A stretch of 59,973 nucleotides of DNA from a virus (taxonomy: Duplodnaviria > Caudoviricetes). Shown piece by piece: positions 25,488 to 33,972 of the stretch. The notes under the pieces were generated by a model. It saw only the letters and a list, made by a program, of their open reading frames with translations, was not told the DNA's origin and made no database searches. Position 1 is the stretch's first letter, and every line of letters starts with the position of its first letter. The stretch spans positions 1 to 59,973 of the IMG/VR virus record IMGVR_UViG_3300035145_001735; one strand, 5' to 3'. The translations under genes and the position numbers were made by a program.

Positions 25488-26174
25488 TTGAGTAAAAGTA
25501 AACAATTAATTGTACGTCTTAAAGATGCTGGCATTCGGTATTGGGCCGGTGACAACATTTCAGAGATTATGCAAAAAGGCGATAAGGAAGAACTTATCGA
25601 AGAACTTACAGGCAAGTTTGAAGCAGTACTAGACAGTTTGGTAATCGACAGACATAACGATCCAAACAGTATGGATACAGGACGCAGACTTGCTAAAATG
25701 TACGTTAACGAAATTATGGCAGGTCGATATGATCCTCGCCCTAGTGCAACTAGTTTCCCTAATGATAGTAATGATCGTTATGAAGGTATGCTTGTTGTAC
25801 GTAGCGAACTACGTAGTATGTGTTCGCATCATCACCAACCAGTAACCGGCGTAGCATATATTGGTATTATTGCTGCACAAAAACTGATTGGTCTTAGCAA
25901 GTACACTCGTATTGCCCAATGGTGTGCTCGACGTGGCACACTGCAAGAAGAACTTGCTAACGATATTGCTAAGGAAATCATGAAAGCTACAGGTAGTACA
26001 GACGTAGGCGTATACGTACAGGCTACACACGGCTGTTGTGAAAACAGAGGCATTATGGCACATAGTAGTCTAACACAGACTAGTGTGCTACATGGTGCTT
26101 TTAATAAAGACATGGGCACAAAGAAAGAATTCTTTGACAACATCAAGTTGCAACAAGAGTTTGCACCAAGATAA
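25488..26174 (+). CDS. folE: GTP cyclohydrolase I
   Basis: SMCSHHHQP, GLSKYTRI, LQEEL, HGCCENRG; TTG start with GGAG SD. Confidence 0.95.
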   Translation: MSKSKQLIVRLKDAGIRYWAGDNISEIMQKGDKEELIEELTGKFEAVLDSLVIDRHNDPNSMDTGRRLAKMYVNEIMAGRYDPRPSATSFPNDSNDRYEGMLVVRSELRSMCSHHHQPVTGVAYIGIIAAQKLIGLSKYTRIAQWCARRGTLQEELANDIAKEIMKATGSTDVGVYVQATHGCCENRGIMAHSSLTQTSVLHGAFNKDMGTKKEFFDNIKLQQEFAPR

Positions 26175-26185
26175 GGAAAAAAACA

Positions 26186-27277
26186 TTGAAACTATTTAAA
26201 TTACTTACTGCCGTTTTTGTAGCGGCCGGTCTCTTTGTTTCTCCTGCAGTTGCGAAAGATAAAGTAAAAGTAGGTTTTGTCTATGTGGGGCCAGTTGGCG
26301 ACCACGGCTGGACTTACCGACATGATATCGGACGTCAACAAGTAGAAGAAGCATACGGTGATCGTGTAGAAACAATTTACCAAGAAAGTGTACCGGAAGG
26401 TGCAGATGCAGAACGTGCATTAACTACTATGGCACTGCAAGGTGCAGACATTATTTTTGCTACATCATTTGGTTATATGGATGCTGTTGAGCGTGTAGCC
26501 AAGAAGTTTCCAAATGTGAAATTTGAACACGCAACAGGTTACAAAACAAACGGCGTAAACAGTAGTAACTACGGACTACGACTATATCAAGCAAGACACG
26601 TACAAGGTGTAGTAGCAGGTATGATGACAAAGACAAATAAAATTTGTTATGTTGCAGCGTTCCCAATTCCAGAAGTTATCCGTGAAATTAACACATACTA
26701 CTTAGGTGCTAAAAGTGTTAACCCAGATGTAGATATTGATATTGTTTGGGTGTTTACATGGTATGATCCGGGCAAAGAAGCAGACGCAGCACAAGCAATG
26801 CTAGATCAGGGCTGCGATGTTATTGCACAACACACAGACTCTCCTGCTCCATTGCAAACAGCAGAAGCATTGGGTAAAGTAGGCTTTGGACAAGCAAGTG
26901 ATCAAATCCGTTTTGCACCCAAAGCACAGTTAACAGCAACAATCGACAACTGGGGTCCATACTATATTGAAAAAGTAGGACAGGTACTAGATGGTACTTG
27001 GACACCAATGTGTGATGGTCCAGACGGTTGTTACTTTGGACACATGAATGATGGTTCTGTTGAAATGGCACCGTTTACAAATATGCCAGCAGAAGTAGCA
27101 GCGAAAGCACAAGAAGTAAAAGATGCTATTACAGCAGGTGAATACTTTGCTTTCACTGGCCCACTGAATGACAACGAAGGTAATCAAGTATTAGCAGCAG
27201 GTGAAATTGCAGACCGTATGCATTTGGATACTATGAATTATTACGTTGAAGGTATTGATGCGGTGGTGCCTAACTGA
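26186..27277 (+). CDS. BMP-family ABC transporter substrate-binding protein (purine/nucleoside type)
   Basis: Signal peptide; VGFVYVGPVGDHGW, FATSFGYM, FEHATG, WYDPGKE, QHTDS, NWGPYY. Confidence 0.9.
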   Translation: MKLFKLLTAVFVAAGLFVSPAVAKDKVKVGFVYVGPVGDHGWTYRHDIGRQQVEEAYGDRVETIYQESVPEGADAERALTTMALQGADIIFATSFGYMDAVERVAKKFPNVKFEHATGYKTNGVNSSNYGLRLYQARHVQGVVAGMMTKTNKICYVAAFPIPEVIREINTYYLGAKSVNPDVDIDIVWVFTWYDPGKEADAAQAMLDQGCDVIAQHTDSPAPLQTAEALGKVGFGQASDQIRFAPKAQLTATIDNWGPYYIEKVGQVLDGTWTPMCDGPDGCYFGHMNDGSVEMAPFTNMPAEVAAKAQEVKDAITAGEYFAFTGPLNDNEGNQVLAAGEIADRMHLDTMNYYVEGIDAVVPN

Positions 27278-28140
27278 TGATACCAGTAATCGATTTAAAA
27301 GCACAAGACGCTTTGGATCGTATTGACGAAGCCTACACCACTGTGGGCTTCGCTGTCTTTACAAATGCGTTGGATGCAGAAGACAACACAAATATGAAAA
27401 ACTGGCAACAGCAAATGAAAGCATTCTTTGACTTGCCAGATGAAGTAAAAAAGCAGTATCCTTATGAAGGTGATACCAACTTGGGATACAGCATGGTAGG
27501 TGATGAAAACGTAGATCCTACAGCACCTAAAGATATCAAAGAATCGTTTAACTATAACAATATGCGTATGCCTGAACACTTGTGGCCCGTTGAACTTAAA
27601 GGCTTCAAGGAGAGTGCATTACAAAGCATAGACATTGCAGATAGACTCACACTGCGTATCTTGGGTAAATTTGATGAAATACTGGACACAGGCACTACAC
27701 TTGTAGATGCACATTTAGAGCCATTCAACACCACAAGAGTTATTCACTATCCTGCTTATGACGGACCTGTTGAAAACAAACAGATGCGTATAGGTGAACA
27801 CAGTGACTATGGTACTATCACATTGCTATGGCAAATCAATGATGTGCCAGGCTTGGAAGTACAAGACTTGACAGGTACTTGGCATCCAGTACCATACGCA
27901 GAAGATGGCATTGTGGTTAATATTGGTGACTTGCTACAGCGTTGGACAAACGATTACTTTGTTAGTACCAAGCACAGAGTTGTGAATAGTCATATTCATC
28001 AACAGCGTTACAGTATGCCACACTTTGTTGATCCTACACCTGGCACACAAGTATTCAACTTGCGCAAAGGTGAAGCAGCAAAGTATCCGCCTATTGAATC
28101 AAAAGAATATTTGATGTGGCGCCTAGCACAAAGTTACTAA
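27277..28140 (+). CDS. isopenicillin-N-synthase-family 2OG-Fe(II) oxygenase
   Basis: IPVIDL, HSDYGTITLL, NIGDLLQRWTND, HRVV, RYSMP. Confidence 0.9.
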   Translation: MIPVIDLKAQDALDRIDEAYTTVGFAVFTNALDAEDNTNMKNWQQQMKAFFDLPDEVKKQYPYEGDTNLGYSMVGDENVDPTAPKDIKESFNYNNMRMPEHLWPVELKGFKESALQSIDIADRLTLRILGKFDEILDTGTTLVDAHLEPFNTTRVIHYPAYDGPVENKQMRIGEHSDYGTITLLWQINDVPGLEVQDLTGTWHPVPYAEDGIVVNIGDLLQRWTNDYFVSTKHRVVNSHIHQQRYSMPHFVDPTPGTQVFNLRKGEAAKYPPIESKEYLMWRLAQSY

Positions 28141-28430
28141 TGGAACATGAACTAGCATTACCAGTTAATGAACTAAGCAACCGTCCTAACCATTTACCCG
28201 GTGGGGGCGGTGCACTAAACGCAGGATACACACCCGTAGATGCGCTTGCACTTGTGTCAAACTTACTAGGACAAATTGGATTAGAATACGGTAAAGATTT
28301 TCATTGGAGAAGTTTCGAATACGGAAGTTTCGAAGGAGATACTGTAAGTTTAAATCAAAATTTGGTGTTGACATTTAAAAATAAAGATGCTATGCTTAGT
28401 GCAAAGTTAGCAATAGAAAGTATGAAATGA
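28140..28430 (+). CDS. hypothetical small protein
   Basis: Start moved to ATG 28140 (TAATG coupling). Confidence 0.65.
   Translation: MEHELALPVNELSNRPNHLPGGGGALNAGYTPVDALALVSNLLGQIGLEYGKDFHWRSFEYGSFEGDTVSLNQNLVLTFKNKDAMLSAKLAIESMK
28368..28396 (+). promoter_or_regulatory. sigma70-type promoter with extended -10
   Basis: TTGACA-N17-TATGCT preceded by TG. Confidence 0.7.
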
Positions 28431-29011
28431 AAAAACATTACTATACCTATCAGGAAATGCACAATGCTGCAATGAATATTGTATTGCAAATGTACAAAGA
28501 CAATTGGCGGCCAGACTATATCGTAGGTATCAACAGAGGTGGATTACCACTGGCTCTACGTATCAGTCACTTACTGGATGTGCGTATGTATACACTAGAT
28601 GTGAGTTTGCGTGACGGCGGTGATGTTGGTCCAGAATCTAACTGCTGGATGGCAGAGGATGCATTTGGTTATGTTTATCAAGATGATCGTGACAAGGTTT
28701 GGGGTAAGGCATCAAGTGATGCTAATGCTAAGAAGAATATCCTAGTTGTAGACGACATCAATGATACTGGTGCTACATTTAAATGGATTAAAGAAGATTG
28801 GCAAAGCGGTTGCTTGCCTGGTCATCCAAATTGGGATACAGTTTGGAATCAAAACGTTCGTTTTGCTACATGGTGTGAAAAAACACATACACAATTTGAT
28901 GGTGTTGATTACTATGTAGATGAATTCGATACTAGTGAACAAGATACTTGGATTGTTTTTCCGTGGGAAATGAATGATCCAGTTGCAATGCACAAGGTGA
29001 TACAAGGATGA
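28427..29011 (+). CDS. type I phosphoribosyltransferase (xanthine/guanine PRT-like)
   Basis: GINRGG, ILVVDDINDTGATF PRPP loop, WIVFPWE. Confidence 0.9.
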   Translation: MKKHYYTYQEMHNAAMNIVLQMYKDNWRPDYIVGINRGGLPLALRISHLLDVRMYTLDVSLRDGGDVGPESNCWMAEDAFGYVYQDDRDKVWGKASSDANAKKNILVVDDINDTGATFKWIKEDWQSGCLPGHPNWDTVWNQNVRFATWCEKTHTQFDGVDYYVDEFDTSEQDTWIVFPWEMNDPVAMHKVIQG

Positions 29012-29163
29012 AGATTACTATTGTAATGGTTTTTTTAATGGCAGGATCTTTTTTAGCAGGTATGGAACTTGCCGATACATTAAATCCATACGAACAGTGT
29101 AAGCGTATGTATGAGACACCAGAAGATATCGGTGAATGTGTTTACTTAAAGGAGAATCCGTGA
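29008..29163 (+). CDS. small exported/membrane peptide, 51 aa (not in ORF track)
   Basis: MKITIVMVFLMAGSFLAG...C...C; overlaps both neighbours (ATGA, TGATG). Confidence 0.6.
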   Translation: MKITIVMVFLMAGSFLAGMELADTLNPYEQCKRMYETPEDIGECVYLKENP

Positions 29164-29327
29164 TGTGGACACTTTGGATTATTAGCACTGTTATTGGTAG
29201 TGCAGAACCTAAATACACTCGTTATGATGTGTACGATAACAAAATGAGTTGTCAGATAGAATGGCATCTTGTTACTATGGACTTTACAGAAAATGAAATT
29301 GCGTATTGCGAAGGACCAGAAGATTGA
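29163..29327 (+). CDS. small hypothetical protein
   Basis: MWTLWIIS...C...C; AAGGAG SD. Confidence 0.6.
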   Translation: MWTLWIISTVIGSAEPKYTRYDVYDNKMSCQIEWHLVTMDFTENEIAYCEGPED

Positions 29328-29479
29328 ATTTTAAAAGAGAATTGTCAGATAAAGATCAAAAATTGATCGACGAATGGCTGAAGAAGAACAAAGTAACCGA
29401 ATGCGAAGCAGGACAATACACCGATCCTGAAGAGATTGAATACACATTTAAAGTTGGTAAAAGAGGAAAGTCAAAATGA
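29324..29479 (+). CDS. small hypothetical protein, 51 aa (not in ORF track)
   Basis: TTG start; MNFKRELSDKDQKLIDEWLKKNKVTECEAG...; overlaps both neighbours by 4 nt. Confidence 0.6.
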   Translation: MNFKRELSDKDQKLIDEWLKKNKVTECEAGQYTDPEEIEYTFKVGKRGKSK

Positions 29480-29721
29480 GTTTTGATTGGTTACGCATAC
29501 ACAAATGGGAAGAAAACATCGAAGCACAAGTAACAGACAGTGTATACGATTATGTTTGCGAATTTTACGGTATCGATGATGTTGAAGAACTTACACAAGA
29601 ACAATTGTCGGAAATTGAATCATTTAGAGAAGAACTAAACGACTATAGTGTAATGCAAATTGGATTTAGTAACTTAATTAGTCATATGGACACAGTACTC
29701 TGGGAGAAAGAAAATGGGTAA
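29476..29721 (+). CDS. hypothetical acidic protein
   Basis: 81 aa, GAGG SD. Confidence 0.7.
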   Translation: MSFDWLRIHKWEENIEAQVTDSVYDYVCEFYGIDDVEELTQEQLSEIESFREELNDYSVMQIGFSNLISHMDTVLWEKENG

Positions 29722-30475
29722 GAAAATTTATATTCGTGGTAGTAACTACGGCGGTGAACTAACTATTGGAACAATAACACCAGAGTTTGTTACATACTGG
29801 CAAGGACGTGATGAAGATGAACTTATTGAACATTTACAAGCACTAGAAGATTGGAATGGGGACGGAGAAGGACTTGACCCAGACAGTCCTGATATTTTAG
29901 AGGACATGGAATACTACAACAGTTGGTATGAAATTGATGATATTATTCATGACACTAGCAGTAGTGGTTTGGAACTAATGGCGTTCGAATTAGACGATGA
30001 TAATGAAATTGATTGGGACAAACGTGTAGATTTTGATCCGCATCAACTTTACTCACGTGAATGCTACACACAAGAAGAACCACAAGACGAAGAAGACGAA
30101 GACGATAGCGTACCAGTACTAATGTTTTACAGTGCAGAAAAAGGTGAGTTCGGCGGATGGATCGTTGAACTAAAAGATGGCGAAGAATTTGATCCTAATC
30201 AAGTTGCAGTTTCTGGTGTAGAAACTGATCATGGAGAAATGATTGAGCGACTATGGTACAAAAAAGAAGAAATTGAAAAAGACTATGATTTTGTAGACAG
30301 TCGTGGCAAAGGTTATTATGCTGGTGTAGCATGGTTTAACAAGCGTTGGGAAGATAGTCATATGCAAGAAGGCGATGATTATTGGGAAGAAGTTTGGCAA
30401 TACTATGACGACGAACTAGAAGAAAAACGTGCACGTGCAGAGGAAGAAACAGTTGAAACAGCCCAAGAAAATTGA
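29714..30475 (+). CDS. highly acidic hypothetical protein
   Basis: 253 aa, D/E-rich; YGGELTIG and SAEKGEF motifs. Confidence 0.75.
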   Translation: MGKKIYIRGSNYGGELTIGTITPEFVTYWQGRDEDELIEHLQALEDWNGDGEGLDPDSPDILEDMEYYNSWYEIDDIIHDTSSSGLELMAFELDDDNEIDWDKRVDFDPHQLYSRECYTQEEPQDEEDEDDSVPVLMFYSAEKGEFGGWIVELKDGEEFDPNQVAVSGVETDHGEMIERLWYKKEEIEKDYDFVDSRGKGYYAGVAWFNKRWEDSHMQEGDDYWEEVWQYYDDELEEKRARAEEETVETAQEN

Positions 30476-30680
30476 TTTACTTGAACGCCGAGCATTGCGT
30501 ATTATGGAAGATCATTATGTAGTAACAGGACTCAACTTGTACTTTCGTAATGCACTATACAGAAATTTTAAAACAGACATTTCACATCTCGCAAAACGTC
30601 TAGAGCGTGATCACGTTGATCGTGTCAACGTTAAAGGTGCTATTGCATACAAACTAAGGAATATTGATCTTGACAAATAA
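30429..30680 (+). CDS. hypothetical basic protein
   Basis: ORF track; true start uncertain. Confidence 0.55.
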   Translation: MHVQRKKQLKQPKKIDLLERRALRIMEDHYVVTGLNLYFRNALYRNFKTDISHLAKRLERDHVDRVNVKGAIAYKLRNIDLDK

Positions 30681-30876
30681 AGAACCATATTATAAACTAA
30701 GTGATAATAACTGGGTCGTTACTGTACAAGAAAACGGTAAAGACAAAGAACTATACATTGAACTGCCACCTGAGGCACTTAATCAAGTTGGCTGGGACGA
30801 AGGAGATACACTGCTCTGGGAAGAACTTCCAAGCGGTGCATGGCAAGTAACAAAGAAAGAAGAAGATGAAACTTAG
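30664..30876 (+). CDS. AbrB/MazE-like small DNA-binding protein
   Basis: YIELPPEALNQVGWDEGDTLLW swapped-hairpin pattern. Confidence 0.65.
   Translation: MILTNKEPYYKLSDNNWVVTVQENGKDKELYIELPPEALNQVGWDEGDTLLWEELPSGAWQVTKKEEDET
30670..30698 (+). promoter_or_regulatory. sigma70-type promoter upstream of queE
   Basis: TTGACA-N17-TAAACT. Confidence 0.55.
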
Positions 30877-31762
30877 ATATAGTGAAGCATTTTACAGTGT
30901 ACAAGGCGAGGGTAAATACGTAGGAGTACCAAGTGTATTTCTACGTACTTTTGGTTGTAACTTTCGTTGCATGAACTTTGGTGTTGATAAAAGCGTTGGA
31001 GACCGTTGGGAACAACACGCAGAAGGCAATCGCTACAATGCAGAAGTAAAAGCATTGTTGGATGATGGTATTGTAGAGAAAACAGAAAAGTTTGAAGACT
31101 TGCCAATTGTACATACAGGTTGTGATACATACGCAAGTATCTATCCAGAGTTTAAAGACTTTAACAAACTTGCAACTGTAGATGAAGTTGTAGAACACTT
31201 GCTTAGTTTGTTGCCAGAAGGCAAGTGGACTATGGATAATGGACAGGATGTACATCTTATTCTAACAGGTGGCGAGCCATTACTTGCTTGGCAGCGTTTG
31301 TATGTCGAGTTATTTGAACACCCAGGTATGCAGGATCTTAAAAATGTCACAATTGAAACCAACACTACACAGCATCTACACGATGACTTCTACAATTACC
31401 TCAACGGTCACGAAAGAATTCAACTCACTTTTAGTTGCTCACCAAAACTATCCGTTTCGGGCGAGTCTTGGGATGATGCTATTAAGCCTGATGTTGCTAG
31501 TCAGTATTCCCTTGTTGATGGTAGCGATATGTACTTTAAGTTTGTTGTTGCTGATCAAGACGATGTTGATGAAGTTGGTAGAGCAGTTGACACCTATCGT
31601 GAAGCAGGCGTGGATGTACCTGTATACCTCATGCCGCTTGGAGGGCGCAGTGAAGAATACACGCTCAACGTACAAGAGGTGGCGAACCTCTGTATGGAAC
31701 GAGGGTGGAGGTTCTCACCTAGACTCCACATCAGCCTATTCGGAAATGCCTGGGGAACTTAA
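30866..31762 (+). CDS. queE: 7-carboxy-7-deazaguanine synthase (radical SAM)
   Basis: EAFYSVQGEG, FLRTFGCNFRC...GCDT, LTGGEP, IETN, SCSPKL, SPRLH. Confidence 0.92.
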   Translation: MKLRYSEAFYSVQGEGKYVGVPSVFLRTFGCNFRCMNFGVDKSVGDRWEQHAEGNRYNAEVKALLDDGIVEKTEKFEDLPIVHTGCDTYASIYPEFKDFNKLATVDEVVEHLLSLLPEGKWTMDNGQDVHLILTGGEPLLAWQRLYVELFEHPGMQDLKNVTIETNTTQHLHDDFYNYLNGHERIQLTFSCSPKLSVSGESWDDAIKPDVASQYSLVDGSDMYFKFVVADQDDVDEVGRAVDTYREAGVDVPVYLMPLGGRSEEYTLNVQEVANLCMERGWRFSPRLHISLFGNAWGT

Positions 31763-31832
31763 AGAAGTTGCAAAGTATAGCAAAGGTATACATACCGAAG
31801 AACAATACGAACGTATAAGGAAACAATTATGA
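31344..31832 (+). CDS. candidate overprinted gene in the +1 frame of queE
   Basis: +1 frame open from 31269 to 31832; ATG 31344 has AGGA 8 nt upstream; stop overlaps the next ATG (ATGA). Confidence 0.4.
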   Translation: MSQLKPTLHSIYTMTSTITSTVTKEFNSLLVAHQNYPFRASLGMMLLSLMLLVSIPLLMVAICTLSLLLLIKTMLMKLVEQLTPIVKQAWMYLYTSCRLEGAVKNTRSTYKRWRTSVWNEGGGSHLDSTSAYSEMPGELKEVAKYSKGIHTEEQYERIRKQL

Positions 31833-32122
31833 GCGAATGGTTTAGACGACTTATCTTCAAGAACACAGGTAAAGATGTGTATGCTAAAGAAGAAGAAACA
31901 AAAGAAAATGCACTAGGTCCATGGGTCAAAGTAATTGAAGTACATTTTGATAAAGATAACCCACAACGTGGATACTTTGAACTTGACTGGAACGACGACT
32001 TCGTTGGACTACTCGGAGAAGCAGGCTACGCTGGAGAAACACCAGAAGCAATTGTTGACTTATGGTTTAACGACTTGTGCCGTAGCGTAGCACTAGAAGC
32101 ACAAGGTGAAGATGACATATAA
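31829..32122 (+). CDS. conserved hypothetical protein (GYFELDWN motif)
   Basis: 97 aa, AAGGA SD. Confidence 0.75.
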   Translation: MSEWFRRLIFKNTGKDVYAKEEETKENALGPWVKVIEVHFDKDNPQRGYFELDWNDDFVGLLGEAGYAGETPEAIVDLWFNDLCRSVALEAQGEDDI

Positions 32123-32127
32123 TTGCT

Positions 32128-32553
32128 ATGAGACTATGTAATGATCCTACATTGTTCTGTTATGAACATTTAGAAAAAATTTGCAAACATTACGATGCAC
32201 AGTATGTAGTCGATACTGAGTTTGAGGATCAAGCATATGCAGTGTTTTATAGTAGTAAGCCACATCCAGACAGTAACAGCAGATATTTTGCTATGTACTT
32301 GGATTATGAAACACAACAATTATTAGTAACAGATGGCAGTTTTGTAGAGGATCAAGAATTTGCAGGTATCATTGCAGACAATGGAGATATTATCTTCAGT
32401 AGGGGAAGGCACGATTATCGGGTTAGCGATGACGAGTCTGTTTGGATTGATGGCGGTCGTGATTATACAAGACGACCATTAGTAAACATAGATAGATTAG
32501 TAAGATTAACAGTTCACAAAGGTAGACTGGAGGCATGGTTTGACAACGATTAA
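32128..32553 (+). CDS. hypothetical protein (RHDY...IDGGRDY motif)
   Basis: 141-aa ORF. Confidence 0.7.
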   Translation: MRLCNDPTLFCYEHLEKICKHYDAQYVVDTEFEDQAYAVFYSSKPHPDSNSRYFAMYLDYETQQLLVTDGSFVEDQEFAGIIADNGDIIFSRGRHDYRVSDDESVWIDGGRDYTRRPLVNIDRLVRLTVHKGRLEAWFDND

Positions 32554-32695
32554 TGGATGCTGCGGCGATCCTCGTACTGCACATTTCTTAACAGAAGCAA
32601 CTACACCAGAAGGACATGAATACAGAATTACTATTTCATATTGTAAAACCTGTGGTAGTCAAAAAGCAACATCAAACATAAAACACGTAAAATGA
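32540..32695 (+). CDS. small Zn-ribbon-like protein, 51 aa (not in ORF track)
   Basis: GGAGG SD and TTG start; GCC...YCKTCGS; ATGA coupling. Confidence 0.6.
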   Translation: MTTINGCCGDPRTAHFLTEATTPEGHEYRITISYCKTCGSQKATSNIKHVK

Positions 32696-32865
32696 AAGAA
32701 CACTTTTTGTATCTAATAGATGATCAACTAGCAGTAATTACACGTGAAGAAGCAGTTGCAATTAAACTTATGCATCCAGAAAAAGATGTTTGGAACGCAT
32801 CTGAGTCACTAGATATGGAACCTGTTTTAATGGACACAGAAAATGACACCTGCAGAGATATTTGA
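32692..32865 (+). CDS. small hypothetical protein, 57 aa (not in ORF track)
   Basis: MKEHFLYLIDDQLAVITREEAVAIKLMHP...; fills the gap between coupled genes. Confidence 0.55.
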   Translation: MKEHFLYLIDDQLAVITREEAVAIKLMHPEKDVWNASESLDMEPVLMDTENDTCRDI

Positions 32866-33073
32866 ATACAAACAACGTTGGAAGCCAGGTACAACTGTGC
32901 GACTGCACAGTGATGTAGTTGACCGTGGAAAAGTTTATTGCAGACGTCAACTTGAACAGCATCAGTGGAGTGTAACAACTTGGACTGGACAATACGAGCA
33001 TACGTTTCACTTTGAATGTAGCGGTGAAGCATTAAGATTTAAGTTAGCAATGGGAGAATATGCAGACCAATGA
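32843..33073 (+). CDS. hypothetical small protein
   Basis: 76 aa; YEHTFHFE...ALRFKL. Confidence 0.7.
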   Translation: MTPAEIFEYKQRWKPGTTVRLHSDVVDRGKVYCRRQLEQHQWSVTTWTGQYEHTFHFECSGEALRFKLAMGEYADQ

Positions 33074-33363
33074 CAGAACCAGCTACAGATCCTATCATCG
33101 GTTTTATTGCAATAGTACTAATACTAATTCCAATTGTTTGGTTTATACGCTGGAGTCATAAAGATCAGCCACAGCCCAAACTAGACTTTGGACCCGAAAA
33201 AGATCAGGGCTGGATCTATTATGTTTGGAACTGGCGTACATATGCATTCTATGCACTACTAATTTTTGCTTGTGTATTAGGATTTTTAGATCAAGGCATT
33301 GCAGGTATATTTTATGGTGCGTGTCTTATATATGGATTGAAACTACTAGGGAAGTTATTCTAA
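33070..33363 (+). CDS. membrane protein
   Basis: Three hydrophobic segments. Confidence 0.7.
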   Translation: MTEPATDPIIGFIAIVLILIPIVWFIRWSHKDQPQPKLDFGPEKDQGWIYYVWNWRTYAFYALLIFACVLGFLDQGIAGIFYGACLIYGLKLLGKLF

Positions 33364-33436
33364 TGATTGGTATACTAGCAGCCATAATTTTACCGCAACT
33401 ATGCCTAATTGTAGGCTTTATGTTAGGAGAGATAAA

Positions 33437-33703
33437 ATGAAAGATCGTAACGAAATATTAAATGCACTTAAACATGGCGATGTCATCGTAGAGTTTACAA
33501 AAGTAAATGGCGACTATCGCAAGATGATTTGTACACTAAATGAAGAAATGTTACCTCCTGCTAAAAAAGATGACAGTGTAACACAGAAAAAAGTACGTGA
33601 AGTTAATCCAGATGTTTGTGTTGTATGGGATGTCAATGCAAAAGGATGGCGCAGTTTTAGATGGGAGAATGTAGTCAATGCAGAAGTTGATGTCCCGTTT
33701 TAA
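33437..33703 (+). CDS. WYL_2/SH3-barrel (DUF2693-like) protein
   Basis: VEFTKVNGDYRKMICTL...VWDV..KGWRSFR; start moved to ATG 33437 (AGGAG SD). Confidence 0.75.
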   Translation: MKDRNEILNALKHGDVIVEFTKVNGDYRKMICTLNEEMLPPAKKDDSVTQKKVREVNPDVCVVWDVNAKGWRSFRWENVVNAEVDVPF

Positions 33704-33872
33704 ATACTATATAATGGATACCAAATTGTTTTGGCGACTATGGTTCTGGTGGGGTATTAGGCAAGCCCGCATACGCAGAGAAGCAAGAGAAGCAAAACAA
33801 AAGACCATGCCACAATTAGATACAGAACAGTATTGGGAGAAAGTACATAATGAGCGAAATCGTAATTTATAA
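33690..33872 (+). CDS. hypothetical small protein
   Basis: Trp-rich ORF; start uncertain. Confidence 0.55.
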   Translation: MSRFKYYIMDTKLFWRLWFWWGIRQARIRREAREAKQKTMPQLDTEQYWEKVHNERNRNL

Positions 33873-33972
33873 TATACTATTTTGGGTGCCATACATTTGG
33901 GTATGCAGTTTACCAGCAAAACTAATGCAACTAGCAATTAACGGTGACGGTAAATGGAACAGCCTAAGTTAA
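33850..33972 (+). CDS. small membrane peptide, 40 aa (not in ORF track)
   Basis: GGGAG SD; MSEIVIYNILFWVPYIWVCSLPAKLMQLAI... Confidence 0.5.
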   Translation: MSEIVIYNILFWVPYIWVCSLPAKLMQLAINGDGKWNSLS

